Assembly (NCBI GenBank): GCA_016194705.1
Contig: JACQAZ010000010.1
Coordinates: forward strand, 166-64,165
Direction: 5' to 3'
DNA: 64,000 nt
From: Elusimicrobiota bacterium
GTDB taxonomy: Bacteria; Elusimicrobiota; Elusimicrobia; UBA1565; UBA9628
The first letter of the stretch is position 1. Each line of letters begins with the position of its first letter. The position numbers were made by a program, and so were the translations under genes. Shown piece after piece: positions 9,430 through 19,463 of the stretch. The notes beneath the pieces were generated by a model. That model was given only the letters and a program-made list of their open reading frames with translations, was not told where the DNA came from and did no database searches.

Positions 9430-12134
9430 TTCTTGTATTTCTTTCCGGAGCCGCAGTAGCAGGGGTCGTTGCGGCCGAGCTTGCTGATGTCGCGCGGGCC
9501 TTCGTCCTTTTTGAGGATCGATTTCTTCTCGCCGTTGGTCGACGATGGGGCAGCGGGCTGCTGCGGCTGCCCGGGCCGCCCTCCCTCGATGCGCGCGGCG
9601 GGCGGCGGCGGAGGCAGGCGCGGCGCCTGGACGCGGAAGACGTACTCGACGGTCTGCTCGCGGATGCGCGCCATCAGCGCCTCGAAGAGGATGAAGGACT
9701 CCTTCTGGTATTCGATCTTCGGATCCTTCTGCCCGTAGGCGCGCAGGCCGATGGATTTCTTGAGGTGGTCGAGGTCGTAGAGGTGGCCCTTCCAGGCGCG
9801 GTCGATCATCTGGAGCAGGATCATCTTCTCGATGTCGCGAAAATTGTAGCCCTCGAAGTCCTTCTCCCGGCCGGCGTAGCGCTCCTTGACGGCGGAAAGC
9901 AAGGTCTCTTTGAGCGAGGCCCGCTCGAGCTTGGAGATCTCTTCGGGCCGAGGGCTGTACTCGATGCCGAAGGTGCGCTCGAGATAGGCCTTGAGGCTGG
10001 CCAGGTCCCACGACTCCGGATAGGCGTCCTCGGGGCAGCAGACCCCGAGCTTCTCCTGCAGGTCTTCTTCGATCATCATCTGCATCTGCTCGGAGACCGA
10101 CTCGTTGTCGAGGATGCCGTTGCGCAGCTTGTAGATGACTTCGCGCTGCTTGTTCATGACGTTGTCGTAGTCGAGAAGCTGCTTTCTGATGTCGAAGTTA
10201 TGGGTCTCGACGCGGCGCTGGGCTCCCGCGATCTGCCGGGAGACCAGGGGAGACTCGATGACCTCGCCCTCGGTCATGCCGAGCCTCTCCATGATGCCGG
10301 AAAGCCGGTCGCTGCCGAAAAGGCGCATGAGCTCGTCGTCAAGCGCGAGATAGAAGCGCGAGGAGCCGGGGTCGCCCTGACGGCCGCAGCGGCCTCTGAG
10401 CTGGTTGTCGATGCGCCGCGCCTCGTGGCGCTCGGTGCCCAAGACGTGCAGCCCGCCGAGGCCCTTGACGACTTCGTACTCGGCCAGGTCCTGGGGATTG
10501 CCGCCCAGGAGGATGTCGGTGCCGCGGCCGGCCATATTGGTCGCAATCGTCACCGCGCCCTTGTGGCCGGCCTGGGCGATGATCTGGGCTTCCATCTCGT
10601 GGTACTTCGCGTTGAGGACTTGGTGCGGTATGCCCACCGTCCTGAGCATCGCGGCGAGCTTCTCGGACTTCTCGATCGAGCGCGTTCCCACGAGCACGGG
10701 CCTTCCGGCCTTCCAAAGCTCCTTGATCTCGGCGACGATCGCGTTGTATTTCTCGCGCTCGGTGCGGTAGATGAAGTCCGGCTCGTCCTTGCGGACCATC
10801 TTGTTGTGCGTCGGGATTTCGTAGACGCTGATGTTGTAGATCTCGAAGAACTCGTCTTCCTCGGTCATGGCGGTGCCGGTCATGCCGCCCATCTTGCGGT
10901 AGAGCTTGAAGAAGTTCTGGAAGGTGATCGTGGCCAGCGTCTGGTTCTCCTCGCGCGGCGCCAGATTCTCCTTCGCCTCGACGGCCTGGTGCAGGCCGTC
11001 CGACCAGCGTCTTCCGGGCATCAGGCGCCCCGTGAACTCGTCGACGATGACGACCTCGCCGTCCTTGATCACGTAGTCGACGTCGCGGTGGTAGAGATGA
11101 TGCGCGCGCAGGGCCTGGGTGATGTGGTGGACCCACTCGCCCTCCAGGTCGTCGTAGAGGTTGGCGATGCCCAGCAGCTTCTCGCACTTCTGGATGCCAT
11201 CCTCGGTCAAGATCGCGGTGTGGTTTTTCTCATCGACGATCGCATCGTACCCTTTGCCGAGCTCCTCGCCCTTATACTTGGCCTGTATCTCCTCTTCCTC
11301 GGTGATCTTGCGCGCGTTGATCATCGGGATGATGCGGTTGATGATGGCGTAGCGGTCGGTGGATTTCTCGGCCGCGCCCGAGATAATCAGGGGGGTCCTG
11401 GCCTCGTCGACGAGGATCGAGTCGACCTCGTCGATGATGGCGTACTGGGTGGGACGCATGACTCGCTCTTCCTTCGAGGTCACCATGTTGTCGCGCAGGT
11501 AGTCGAAGCCGACCTCGTTGTTGGTGACGTAGGTGACGTCCGAGGCGTAGGACTTGCGGCGGTCCTCGTTGGGCATGTCATGCTGGACAAAGCCGACGCT
11601 CAAACCGAGGAAGCGGTAGACCGGGCCCATCCACTCGCAATCGCGCTTGGCGAGGTAATCATTGACCGTGACCAGGTGGCAGCCTCGGCCGAGCAGGGAG
11701 TTGAGATAGACGGGCGCGGTCGCGACCAAGGTTTTTCCCTCGCCGGTTTTCATCTCGGCGATATTGCCCTCGTGCAGGACCATGCCGCCGAGCATCTGGA
11801 CGTCGTAGTGGCGCAGGCCGATCGTGCGGCGGGAAGCCTCGCGGACCAAGGCGAATGCCTCCGGCAGTATCTCATCGAGAAGCTCCTGCCAGAGCTTCTT
11901 CTCGGCCTTGCGGCGTTCCTCCTCGTCCTGAGGCAGGTCCTGCATCAGGGGCTCGAGCCGCTCCTTAAGCTGCTGCTTGAGGTAGGCCGTTTTCTCCGGG
12001 AAGGCCGAGTCCGGCAGGGCCTTGACCTGTTCTTCAAAGGCGTTGATCTTATCGAGGGTCGGCTTGTAGCGCTTGAGCGTGCGCTCGCTGGGGCTGCCGA
12101 AAATGCGGTAGAAGAGCCAGCGTAGGAAATTCAC
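9417..12134 (-). CDS. secA: Preprotein translocase ATPase SecA
   Basis: EMKTGEGKT, IIDEVDSIL, TNMAGRGTDI, QLRGRCGRQGDPG, C-terminal SEC-C motif GRNDPCYCGSGKKYKKCHG. Confidence 0.99.
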   Translation of the reverse strand: MNFLRWLFYRIFGSPSERTLKRYKPTLDKINAFEEQVKALPDSAFPEKTAYLKQQLKERLEPLMQDLPQDEEERRKAEKKLWQELLDEILPEAFALVREASRRTIGLRHYDVQMLGGMVLHEGNIAEMKTGEGKTLVATAPVYLNSLLGRGCHLVTVNDYLAKRDCEWMGPVYRFLGLSVGFVQHDMPNEDRRKSYASDVTYVTNNEVGFDYLRDNMVTSKEERVMRPTQYAIIDEVDSILVDEARTPLIISGAAEKSTDRYAIINRIIPMINARKITEEEEIQAKYKGEELGKGYDAIVDEKNHTAILTEDGIQKCEKLLGIANLYDDLEGEWVHHITQALRAHHLYHRDVDYVIKDGEVVIVDEFTGRLMPGRRWSDGLHQAVEAKENLAPREENQTLATITFQNFFKLYRKMGGMTGTAMTEEDEFFEIYNISVYEIPTHNKMVRKDEPDFIYRTEREKYNAIVAEIKELWKAGRPVLVGTRSIEKSEKLAAMLRTVGIPHQVLNAKYHEMEAQIIAQAGHKGAVTIATNMAGRGTDILLGGNPQDLAEYEVVKGLGGLHVLGTERHEARRIDNQLRGRCGRQGDPGSSRFYLALDDELMRLFGSDRLSGIMERLGMTEGEVIESPLVSRQIAGAQRRVETHNFDIRKQLLDYDNVMNKQREVIYKLRNGILDNESVSEQMQMMIEEDLQEKLGVCCPEDAYPESWDLASLKAYLERTFGIEYSPRPEEISKLERASLKETLLSAVKERYAGREKDFEGYNFRDIEKMILLQMIDRAWKGHLYDLDHLKKSIGLRAYGQKDPKIEYQKESFILFEALMARIREQTVEYVFRVQAPRLPPPPPAARIEGGRPGQPQQPAAPSSTNGEKKSILKKDEGPRDISKLGRNDPCYCGSGKKYKKCHG

Positions 12135-12137
12135 TTC

Positions 12138-12611
12138 TTAATTCATCGAGAGATTCTGGCGGAACTTGTCGGTGTTCTCGAGCATGTTCTTGAGATTCTC
12201 GATGGCCTCCTTCCAGGCCTCGGCCTGCCAGGCCCGGGCCTTTTCCCATTGCGAGCCCGAACCCCAGCCCGTGTGGACGAAGCGCAGCAAGGTCCCCCCC
12301 TCGCGGGGTTCCAGGCGGACGAACACCTGCGTCCGGGAGCCCATGACGGTCTCGTACTCCTCCGGGCCGCGCCAGTTGAAGCTCAACTCGGAGTTCGGGA
12401 CGATGTCGGTGATTCGGCAGCCCTTGGTGCTGTTGTGCTCGGGCCGCTCCGGCTCCCAGAATAGCTCGTAGGCCCCGCCGACCGCCGGATCGACGTTGGC
12501 CTTGCGCGTGAGCCAGCGCTCGAGGAGTTCGGGCTTGATCCAGGCCTCGAAGACCTGATCGACCGGATTTTCAATGACGACCGAGATGTCGATATCGCGC
12601 GCTTTGGACAT
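12138..12611 (-). CDS. SRPBCC/AHSA1-like domain protein
   Basis: PVDQVFEAW..PELLERW, GGAYE, LSFNW, GGTLLRFVHTGW, W...IENL. Confidence 0.85.
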   Translation of the reverse strand: MSKARDIDISVVIENPVDQVFEAWIKPELLERWLTRKANVDPAVGGAYELFWEPERPEHNSTKGCRITDIVPNSELSFNWRGPEEYETVMGSRTQVFVRLEPREGGTLLRFVHTGWGSGSQWEKARAWQAEAWKEAIENLKNMLENTDKFRQNLSMN

Positions 12612-12683
12612 GGGTCCCCCGCGGGGTTTTCCTCAATAATGAGTTTAGCATTTCAATGGCCGCGTCGTCTTAAACGCGGCGCT

Positions 12684-13427
12684 CTAGCCCCGCAGCTCGA
12701 GTATGCGCTGGCGGGCCGCGAAGAGCTTCTCGCCGAAATGGGCGGGAGCCGTGTCGAGGAAGCGTTGATAGGAGGCCGCCGCCTCGGACTTGAGGCCGAG
12801 CGCCTCCTCGGTCAGGCCCTTCTCGTACCAATGCCCGGGATTGGCGCCGTCCTTCGAGACGGCCTCGCTGAGGCAGACCAGAGCGTCGCCGAGACGCCCC
12901 AGGCGCCTCAAGCAGCCGCCCTTCTCGGCCAGAACTGGCGCCGGCGGCGAGCCAAAAGACAAGGCCTTGTCGAGACATTCCAACGCCAATTGGTCCTGGT
13001 TGATCGCCCCGAGGCAGACGCCCTTGTTGAACCAGGCCATCGCGCTCTTGGGGTCGAGGGTCAGGGCCTGCTCGTAGGAATGGGCCGCTTCGTCGAACTG
13101 GCGCAGCTCCTGCAGGCAGCGCCCCCGGCTTAAGTGCGCGGCGGGCTCGCGCGGATCGAGCGAGATGGCCTTGTCCAAGAGGGCCATCGCCTCCTCGGCG
13201 CGCGCGAGCATCGTCAGGCACACGGCCAGCCCGCCGATGACTTCGTACTCGCCCGGGACAAATTCGACCGACCTTACGAACGCCTCGAGGGCCTGATCGT
13301 ATTGTCCCGCGGACATGAGTTCGGCGCCTTGGCTGGCCAAAGCCGAGGCCTGGTTGCGGTCGGCATCCGAGGGGACGCTCTTGCGGCCCTCGCCGAAAAT
13401 AAGGGCTATTTTATTGCGCAGGTCCAT
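12684..13427 (-). CDS. Tetratricopeptide repeat protein
   Basis: Several TPR units (A..SYEQALTLDP, AWFNKGVCL, WYEKGL); start ATG 13427 assumed. Confidence 0.85.
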   Translation of the reverse strand: MDLRNKIALIFGEGRKSVPSDADRNQASALASQGAELMSAGQYDQALEAFVRSVEFVPGEYEVIGGLAVCLTMLARAEEAMALLDKAISLDPREPAAHLSRGRCLQELRQFDEAAHSYEQALTLDPKSAMAWFNKGVCLGAINQDQLALECLDKALSFGSPPAPVLAEKGGCLRRLGRLGDALVCLSEAVSKDGANPGHWYEKGLTEEALGLKSEAAASYQRFLDTAPAHFGEKLFAARQRILELRG

Positions 13428-13482
13428 GCCGGTGTTAAGGGATTCCCCTAATCCTAGCAAAAGGACTGCGCGACGAGCGCTA

Positions 13483-15372
13483 TTATTTCAGATGGGCGCG
13501 GCGGATGCGGTCGCCGGGCTCGAGACGGTCGACGACGTCCATGCCGGAGACCACCGAGCCGAAGACCGTGTAGCGCCCGTCGAGGTGCGGGGTCGGTATG
13601 TGCGTGATGAAGAGCTGGCAGCCTCCCGTGTCCTTGCCGGCCTTGGGCATCCCGACCGAGCCGCGCACGAAGGGCAGGCGGTTGATCTCGTCGCGCAGCG
13701 AGAAGCCGGCGTCGCCCCAGCCGCTGCCGCGGGGGTCGCCTCCCTGCACGACGAAGCCCGAGACCACCCGGTGCCAGATGGTGCCGTCGTAGAGACCGCG
13801 CTTGACGCTCCGAAGGAAGCTGGCGGCATGCAACGGCGCCTCGTCGGCGGCCAAGGAAAGCGCGATGTCGCCTTTGTCGGTCTCGATGACCACGGTCGCC
13901 GGGGCGGGGAGGCGCGCCAAGTCCGGCGAAGGTTCAATGTGGCTCTGAGCCACCATTTTTGCGGCCTGGCTGAATAAGTTGAACCAATTGCTCGGGCACG
14001 ACGACGGATGGACAGAATTGATCTCTTGCAGCGCTTTCGTCGCATCATCATTAAGTTCTGGATATCGATGAGCGGTCTCGCCTTGGAGTAGTGATATCAA
14101 TCCTTGGCAGAGTGCCGCTGATTTTCTTTCACCGGCAGCCTCGGCCGCCGTCCCGACAAGCTCGAGAGAGGCCTTCGGGTCGCGCAGGACCGCATCGAGG
14201 ATATCGTCAACCTCGGTCGAGCTGCTCTTGGCCAGCGCCTCCAGCGCGGCGGATGCGACGCGCGCATCCTTGTCCTTGATTGCCTCCTTCAATAGCGCCT
14301 CGCCGCCGGGAACGGCTCCCAGACCTTCATCGGCGCGAGACCGGACCCACCAATTCTCCGAGCGGGCTCCGCGGCCGAGCGCATCCAATGCCTGATTGGG
14401 CCGCAGCTTGGCCCAGGCGAGCAGAGTTTGGCCCAGCACCATCGGCGAATCGTCGTTGATCAGCTCATCGAGCCAATAGGCGAGTTTGGGGTTGCCGGTG
14501 GCGGCCAGGGCGTCGGCGGCCGCGGCGCGCACGTGAGCGGACTCATCCGAAAAAATCTTCTGGTCGATGTAATCCGCCCGGCCGGCCAGGCCCAAGGCGC
14601 GCGCGGCCTCGGTGCGCACGAGGTAATCGTTGTCGGTCAGGTCCTTGGCTAGATTCTCCCAGGGTGCCGCGGTCTTGAGCTGGGCCAGCGCCCGGCAGGC
14701 GAAGAGCCGCACCGAGTTGTAGGGATCGCCCGCGGCCTCGGCCAAGGCCTTGGCCGCCCGGGACTCGGGAAAGCGGCTGAAGGCGTAGACGGCGCGCCAG
14801 CGCACGTCGGGCTGGGAATCCTTGAACAGCGCGGTCAGACCCTCGACGGCGGCGCTCGAGTACTCGGGCACGCGCTTCAAGAACCTCTGGCGGAAAAGAG
14901 CCAGGGCCGCCTCGCCGCGCACGGCCGGGTCCTCGTCCTTTAGATAGGCGAGCAAACGAGGCTCGGCCTCGGGGCCAGCGGTCTTTCCCAGCGCCTCGAC
15001 CGCGGCTTGCTTGAGCCCTCCGCGAACGCCGCTGGAGAACACCGCCAGGGCCGCGGCGGCCCGCAGGCGGGTCGTCGATGAGACCTCCGGCTCGGCCAAG
15101 CCCATTTGTCCCAACGAAAAAACCGCCTGCTCGTTGACTCCGACATCTCGGTCTGAGAGCCCGCTCAGGAGCGCTTGGAGATACGCCTGCGACTGTATGC
15201 GGCCCATCGCGAGGTACGCGGCCTTGCGGGTCTTGGCCGAGGAAGCGGCGGCGGCCTCGAAGAGCACGGCGGAGTCCGCAACTCGCAGGTCTTGCTCCCT
15301 CAATATGGCTTGCCTTGGGATGTTCGCGCAGCCGGCGAGCACGACGAGGGGCAGAGCCCTGAAGAAGCGCAC
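13483..15372 (-). CDS. HEAT-repeat lipoprotein with C-terminal cyclophilin-type PPIase
   Basis: Lipobox VLAGC; repeated D..VR..AA.AL HEAT units; cyclophilin motifs YDGTIWHRVV.GFVVQGGDP, DTGGCQLFIT, PHLDGRYTVFGSV. Confidence 0.88.
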   Translation of the reverse strand: MRFFRALPLVVLAGCANIPRQAILREQDLRVADSAVLFEAAAASSAKTRKAAYLAMGRIQSQAYLQALLSGLSDRDVGVNEQAVFSLGQMGLAEPEVSSTTRLRAAAALAVFSSGVRGGLKQAAVEALGKTAGPEAEPRLLAYLKDEDPAVRGEAALALFRQRFLKRVPEYSSAAVEGLTALFKDSQPDVRWRAVYAFSRFPESRAAKALAEAAGDPYNSVRLFACRALAQLKTAAPWENLAKDLTDNDYLVRTEAARALGLAGRADYIDQKIFSDESAHVRAAAADALAATGNPKLAYWLDELINDDSPMVLGQTLLAWAKLRPNQALDALGRGARSENWWVRSRADEGLGAVPGGEALLKEAIKDKDARVASAALEALAKSSSTEVDDILDAVLRDPKASLELVGTAAEAAGERKSAALCQGLISLLQGETAHRYPELNDDATKALQEINSVHPSSCPSNWFNLFSQAAKMVAQSHIEPSPDLARLPAPATVVIETDKGDIALSLAADEAPLHAASFLRSVKRGLYDGTIWHRVVSGFVVQGGDPRGSGWGDAGFSLRDEINRLPFVRGSVGMPKAGKDTGGCQLFITHIPTPHLDGRYTVFGSVVSGMDVVDRLEPGDRIRRAHLK

Positions 15373-15393
15373 GCAAAATTATATATTGTTCGC
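15373..15393. promoter_or_regulatory. Overlapping divergent -10 elements (leaderless promoters)
   Basis: 21-bp gap: plus strand TATATT-N6-GTG(15394); minus strand TATAAT-N5-GTG(15372); no SD on either strand. Confidence 0.65.
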
Positions 15394-16452
15394 GTGAGGA
15401 CGCCCAAGCGTTTGGCCCCCTGGCTGCTCGCGCTGACCCTCGGTTCATGCGTCTCGCTCGAGGACACCCACATGCCCCGCGGCGGCATCCTCAAAGACCA
15501 GCGCACGGTGGTTCTGGTCTTCGCCGGACCCGGCCCCGTCATGAGCCAGGAGGACAACAAGGCCGAGACCGCGGCCAAGATCACCCCGGGCCTGGCCTAC
15601 ATCGTGCAGTCCTCCCAGGACGAGAGGGACCTCGCCTCCTCGCGCGACTTGGCCCAGTACCTGCCGCCCTTCGAAGCGGCCAAGGAGTTCGCGGCCGAGC
15701 TCGACAAGGTCTTGGCCTCGGTCGGGCATCCGGGCAAGTTCCTCTCGCCCGCGGAGGCGGGCATCGCCAAGGAACAGCTCGACGCCTTCAACAAATCCTC
15801 GGACCTGCTCGATTGGCGGCTGCGCTACTACATCCAAAACCCCGACCACCCGGTCCCGCGCAACTACTCGACCTTGCTTGAGCTCGACGACGCGTTGATC
15901 TTCGAGGCCGACCTCGCCTACGGAGTCGCCCAGGACGACCAGCAGAACGCGACGCCCACGCTTACGGCGGTGGTCAAGCTCTACAAGGCCGGCACGATGC
16001 GCCTCTTGTGGCGCCACGAGGCCGCGCTCGAAGACAAGCCGGGGCAGCGCCTGCTCTACGACTTCAAGCGCGACGGAGGCGACCTCATCAAGAAATACCG
16101 CAGGATGATGCCGGCCCTTGCGCAAAAGCTCGGCGACGACTACAAGAAGGAGCTGCAGGGGGCCGGCCTCTATCTCCCGGCGCGCCCCGCGGCAGTGGCG
16201 GTCTCGACTTCCGCGCCTTCGGGCTTTACGCCTTACAGCTTCGCGCCCTCGGCCCTTCCCGGGATGGCCGTCTCGACGGCGGCGGCGCCGGCGCCCTTCG
16301 TGCCGCCGCCCGGAGTCTCGATGTCGACGACCACGGCCGCGGCGCTCGGGCTGACTCCCATCGGGGGCGCATCGGCGGAGACTCAACCCGCACAGCAGCC
16401 GCCGACCCAGACCCAGATGCAGGGGCCCAAGTCGGGGAACTCTCCGCGCTAG
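15394..16452 (+). CDS. Hypothetical lipoprotein with Ser/Thr/Pro/Ala-rich C-terminal tail
   Basis: GTG start at 15394; lipobox LTLGSC; globular middle region; low-complexity tail. Confidence 0.78.
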   Translation: MRTPKRLAPWLLALTLGSCVSLEDTHMPRGGILKDQRTVVLVFAGPGPVMSQEDNKAETAAKITPGLAYIVQSSQDERDLASSRDLAQYLPPFEAAKEFAAELDKVLASVGHPGKFLSPAEAGIAKEQLDAFNKSSDLLDWRLRYYIQNPDHPVPRNYSTLLELDDALIFEADLAYGVAQDDQQNATPTLTAVVKLYKAGTMRLLWRHEAALEDKPGQRLLYDFKRDGGDLIKKYRRMMPALAQKLGDDYKKELQGAGLYLPARPAAVAVSTSAPSGFTPYSFAPSALPGMAVSTAAAPAPFVPPPGVSMSTTTAAALGLTPIGGASAETQPAQQPPTQTQMQGPKSGNSPR

Positions 16453-16453
16453 G

Positions 16454-18037
16454 CTAGGGGATAGCGCTGGTCTCGAACATCTTCTCGGCCGGCACGACCC
16501 TGACATTCTGCTTGGGAATGTCGAGCGGTTCGTTGGCCCAGACGGCGTCGCGCCGCAGGATGTCAAGTTTGGGCTGCGGAACGAGGTAGAGCTTCCTGCC
16601 GTCCTCTTCCTTGACGTCGATGTTGTAATCGTGAGGGTCCTTGCCCCAGACCGGCGCCTCGGAGGCGATGCCCTCGATGATCTTGGCCGTCTCGCCCTTC
16701 TTCGTCACGACCACATACTTCATGTCCTTGGCCTGAAGGTACTTCTTGATCGCGGCGTTGACCTGCCCACAGGTGACGGCGTCGACGCGCGCGAGGTAGC
16801 CGGGAAGATACCCCGGTTCCATGCCGTAATAGGCGTCGTCCAAGCGGCTGGCGAGCAATCGATCGGCGGTCTCGGCGAAGCTCAAGTACAGGATCTTGGC
16901 CTTGTTCTTCGAGAGCGCGCACTCCTCCTCGGTCAGGCCCGTCCGGATGAAGTTCCCGAGCTCCCAGGTCAGCGCGCGCAGTATATGCGGCGCGAACTGG
17001 TGCGCCACGGGCCGGGCCCATAGGCTGAAATACTGATAGCGCCTCGGAACGTTCAAAGGCGGGAAGAGGTTCTCGGGACGGCCCTCGAAGTGCTCGATGT
17101 AGGAGTAGTCGCCGTAGTTGTAGCCGCGCTCCTCCCTGATGACGTGGTACAGGTGCGAGAAGTCGTCGCGATGCGTGCCGAACCAGACGTTGGCGATGTA
17201 AAGAGGCCAAAAATCCGCGTCCTTGCGCGTGAGCGGAAGCGGGTAGCCCGCGTGCAGGCCCGTCGAGATCGCGTTGGGGAGCTCGATGACCAGCGCGCTG
17301 CGGCCGTGGACCGCCGCCGGAGCCTGAGGAACTTGGCTCTCGTAGGGCTCGGCCTTGACCTCCCCCATGCCGGCGACGGCATTCCTGATCTTTTCGATGA
17401 GGGCCTTATCGTTCGAGCTCACGCCCACGGTGATGTTCTCGGGCCGGTAATGGGTCTTGTAGAAGCGCAGCAGCGCCTCGCGGTCGACCTTCAGCAGCCC
17501 TTTCTCGGTGCCGCCGTCCCAATGCGCGTACGGCGTGCCCTCGAAGACGACGTTGTCGAGCGAGGTGAGCCCGAAATTTTCAATCTCCTCGAGGCGCAGT
17601 CCCGAACGCAGATATTGGAGGACCTCGCCCCTGACGCGCTCGAGTTCCTTGGGGTTGAATAGCGGCTTGGTCAGCATGGGCCGGAGCACTTCATCGATGT
17701 ACCGATCGGCCACCTCGCGCGGCGCCGAAAAGTGGATGACGGTGGTCTCCTTGGCGACCTGGGCGTTTGGGTAGGCAGCCGTGCCCCAGGGACGCGTCAA
17801 GTCGGCGAGCTTCTCCTTGGTGACGGGATGCAAGGGATCTCCGAAACTCCCCTCGCGGAGCATGGCGCCGGTCAGCGCCGCTAAGCCCTCCAAACCTGGC
17901 GGATCTGACGCAGAACCGGCCCTGACCATCACCTTGATCTTGACGAGCGGCGCCTTCGAATCCAAGGTCACGACTTCGAGCGCCCGCGCCGACGGCGCGA
18001 GCAGGACGGCGAGGATCAAAATCTGTCTCATGGTCAT
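16454..18037 (-). CDS. M16 (pitrilysin-like) peptidase, non-catalytic subunit
   Basis: AGSASDPPGLEGLAALTGAML (M16 fold without HxxEH), IREERGYNYG; signal peptide; coupled to the upstream M16 gene. Confidence 0.85.
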   Translation of the reverse strand: MTMRQILILAVLLAPSARALEVVTLDSKAPLVKIKVMVRAGSASDPPGLEGLAALTGAMLREGSFGDPLHPVTKEKLADLTRPWGTAAYPNAQVAKETTVIHFSAPREVADRYIDEVLRPMLTKPLFNPKELERVRGEVLQYLRSGLRLEEIENFGLTSLDNVVFEGTPYAHWDGGTEKGLLKVDREALLRFYKTHYRPENITVGVSSNDKALIEKIRNAVAGMGEVKAEPYESQVPQAPAAVHGRSALVIELPNAISTGLHAGYPLPLTRKDADFWPLYIANVWFGTHRDDFSHLYHVIREERGYNYGDYSYIEHFEGRPENLFPPLNVPRRYQYFSLWARPVAHQFAPHILRALTWELGNFIRTGLTEEECALSKNKAKILYLSFAETADRLLASRLDDAYYGMEPGYLPGYLARVDAVTCGQVNAAIKKYLQAKDMKYVVVTKKGETAKIIEGIASEAPVWGKDPHDYNIDVKEEDGRKLYLVPQPKLDILRRDAVWANEPLDIPKQNVRVVPAEKMFETSAIP

Positions 18038-19410
18038 TTCCCCTTCTTGGCCGAAGGCTCGAAGGCCAAGGTCAGCACGACTCTGTTCTCCGGCCTGAAG
18101 TAATTCTGCGCGAGCCGGTCGATGTCTTCGGGCTTAAGCTTCTGAACGGAATCTAGAAGCTGGTCCAGGGCCTGGGGATCGCGATTGAAGCGGTAGTACT
18201 GGGCCATCACGTTGGCAACGTTGCGAGGGCTCGAGAGGCCCGAGAGAAAATCGTAGCGGTACTTGCTTTGGATGACCTTAAGGAGGTCCGCGGCGCCCGG
18301 AGACTTCGAGAAGCTCTTCAGGGCGTCGAGGCCATCCTCGATGTCCTTGATCGCGTCGTCGAAGTAGGCGTCGCCCTTCGCTGCAAGCTTCTCTTTGAAG
18401 AGTTCGGCCGAAACGATGATCGCACGCGGCTCGGCGCTCTCGAAGCCGTTGGTGCCCTCGTCGAAGCCGATGCCGCTGGCGGTCTGCTTCTCGTACCGCA
18501 ATTTCTTCTGCAGGGGTGCTGCGGGCGAGATCAGCAGCTCGTCCAAGAGTTCGGCGGCTCCCGCCTCGGGCGAGCCGAGCTTGAAGGCCGGCATCCGATA
18601 CGCGACCCAGGCCTGGGGCGCGATGTCGGAGTCCCAGGCGACGCGTTCGCGGCGGTCTCCAGAGGGTTCGGGGCCCTTCTCCTTGACCGGCGGGATGGGC
18701 TGGGCCTTCCAGTCGGAATAAAGCGGCCCGAGAGTCTTGAAGACCTCCTCGGCCTTGACGTCGCCGGCCACGACGACCACGACGCCGTTGGGACGGTAGT
18801 AAGTGTCGTAGAACTTCTTGGCCGCCTCGTAGTGCTTGGGCATGTCGATGACGTCGTCGTAGTAGCCCATCGTCGTGTGGCCGTACGGATGATTGGGGTA
18901 GAGCAGGTCGTAGACCCTCTCCTCCATCTTCATCGATGGGTTCGAGGCGACTTTGCGGTACTCGCCGAGTACCGCGCCCGTCTCTGTCTGGAAGATCTTC
19001 TCGTTGATCGAGAGCGCCTTGAAGCGCGAGGACTCAAGCAGGGCTAGCCCCGCGAGGTTCGAGGTGAAGGTCAGCGGGTGGTAGTAGGTGATGTCGAACC
19101 AGGTCCAGGCGTTGTTGTCGGCGCCCATGCGGTTGATCGCATCGTTGTAGCCGCCGTCCTTGCCTTTGAAGCGGTGCGTAAACAGTATGTGCTCGAAGAG
19201 GTGCGCGAGGCCCGTGGCGCCCCGCTGCTCCTCCTTTCCAGAGCCCGCGAGCACCATCGTATTGTAGCTCAGCACGTCCTTAAACTCGGGCATCTCGATG
19301 ACGAGGATGTCGAGGCCGTTGGGCAAGGTCTTCTTCTTGACCGGATAGGGGAACGCGCCCGCCGAGGCCCAGCCGGAGCAAAGCGCCAAAATCAGGGATA
19401 GGGTCTTCAT
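18034..19410 (-). CDS. M16 zinc peptidase, catalytic subunit
   Basis: GSGKE..GATGLAHLFEH, NAWTWFD.T.Y, HPYGH, YYRPN; signal peptide. Confidence 0.92.
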   Translation of the reverse strand: MKTLSLILALCSGWASAGAFPYPVKKKTLPNGLDILVIEMPEFKDVLSYNTMVLAGSGKEEQRGATGLAHLFEHILFTHRFKGKDGGYNDAINRMGADNNAWTWFDITYYHPLTFTSNLAGLALLESSRFKALSINEKIFQTETGAVLGEYRKVASNPSMKMEERVYDLLYPNHPYGHTTMGYYDDVIDMPKHYEAAKKFYDTYYRPNGVVVVVAGDVKAEEVFKTLGPLYSDWKAQPIPPVKEKGPEPSGDRRERVAWDSDIAPQAWVAYRMPAFKLGSPEAGAAELLDELLISPAAPLQKKLRYEKQTASGIGFDEGTNGFESAEPRAIIVSAELFKEKLAAKGDAYFDDAIKDIEDGLDALKSFSKSPGAADLLKVIQSKYRYDFLSGLSSPRNVANVMAQYYRFNRDPQALDQLLDSVQKLKPEDIDRLAQNYFRPENRVVLTLAFEPSAKKGK

Positions 19411-19463
19411 GCACCGATTATAGCCATTTCGACGCCGCGCGCCAAAGATGCTAAAATCCTCCT
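19411..19463. promoter_or_regulatory. Divergent leaderless promoters
   Basis: Minus strand TATAAT-N6-ATG(19410); plus strand TGcTAAAAT-N6-ATG(19464). Confidence 0.65.

Noticed and set aside
9430..10011. Long N-terminal extensions in the ORF track (lnt, lysC from 24941, hemG from 46409, mgtC from 45250, the 19959 gene from 21254)
   Set aside because: They overlap upstream genes in another frame; better starts exist at coupled overlaps or RBS sites.
9363..12125. 920-aa plus-strand ORF, and many other long antisense or alternate-frame ORFs such as 3597-4961, 5817-7013, 43019-44929 and 57275-58963
   Set aside because: Shadow ORFs opposite or overlapping well-recognised genes (secA, prfB, rlmN and others), expected from high-GC codon bias; no recognisable motifs.
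16454..19410. Second M16 gene lacking HxxEH as a pseudogene
   Set aside because: Active/inactive M16B heterodimer pairs are well known, and the ORF is intact.
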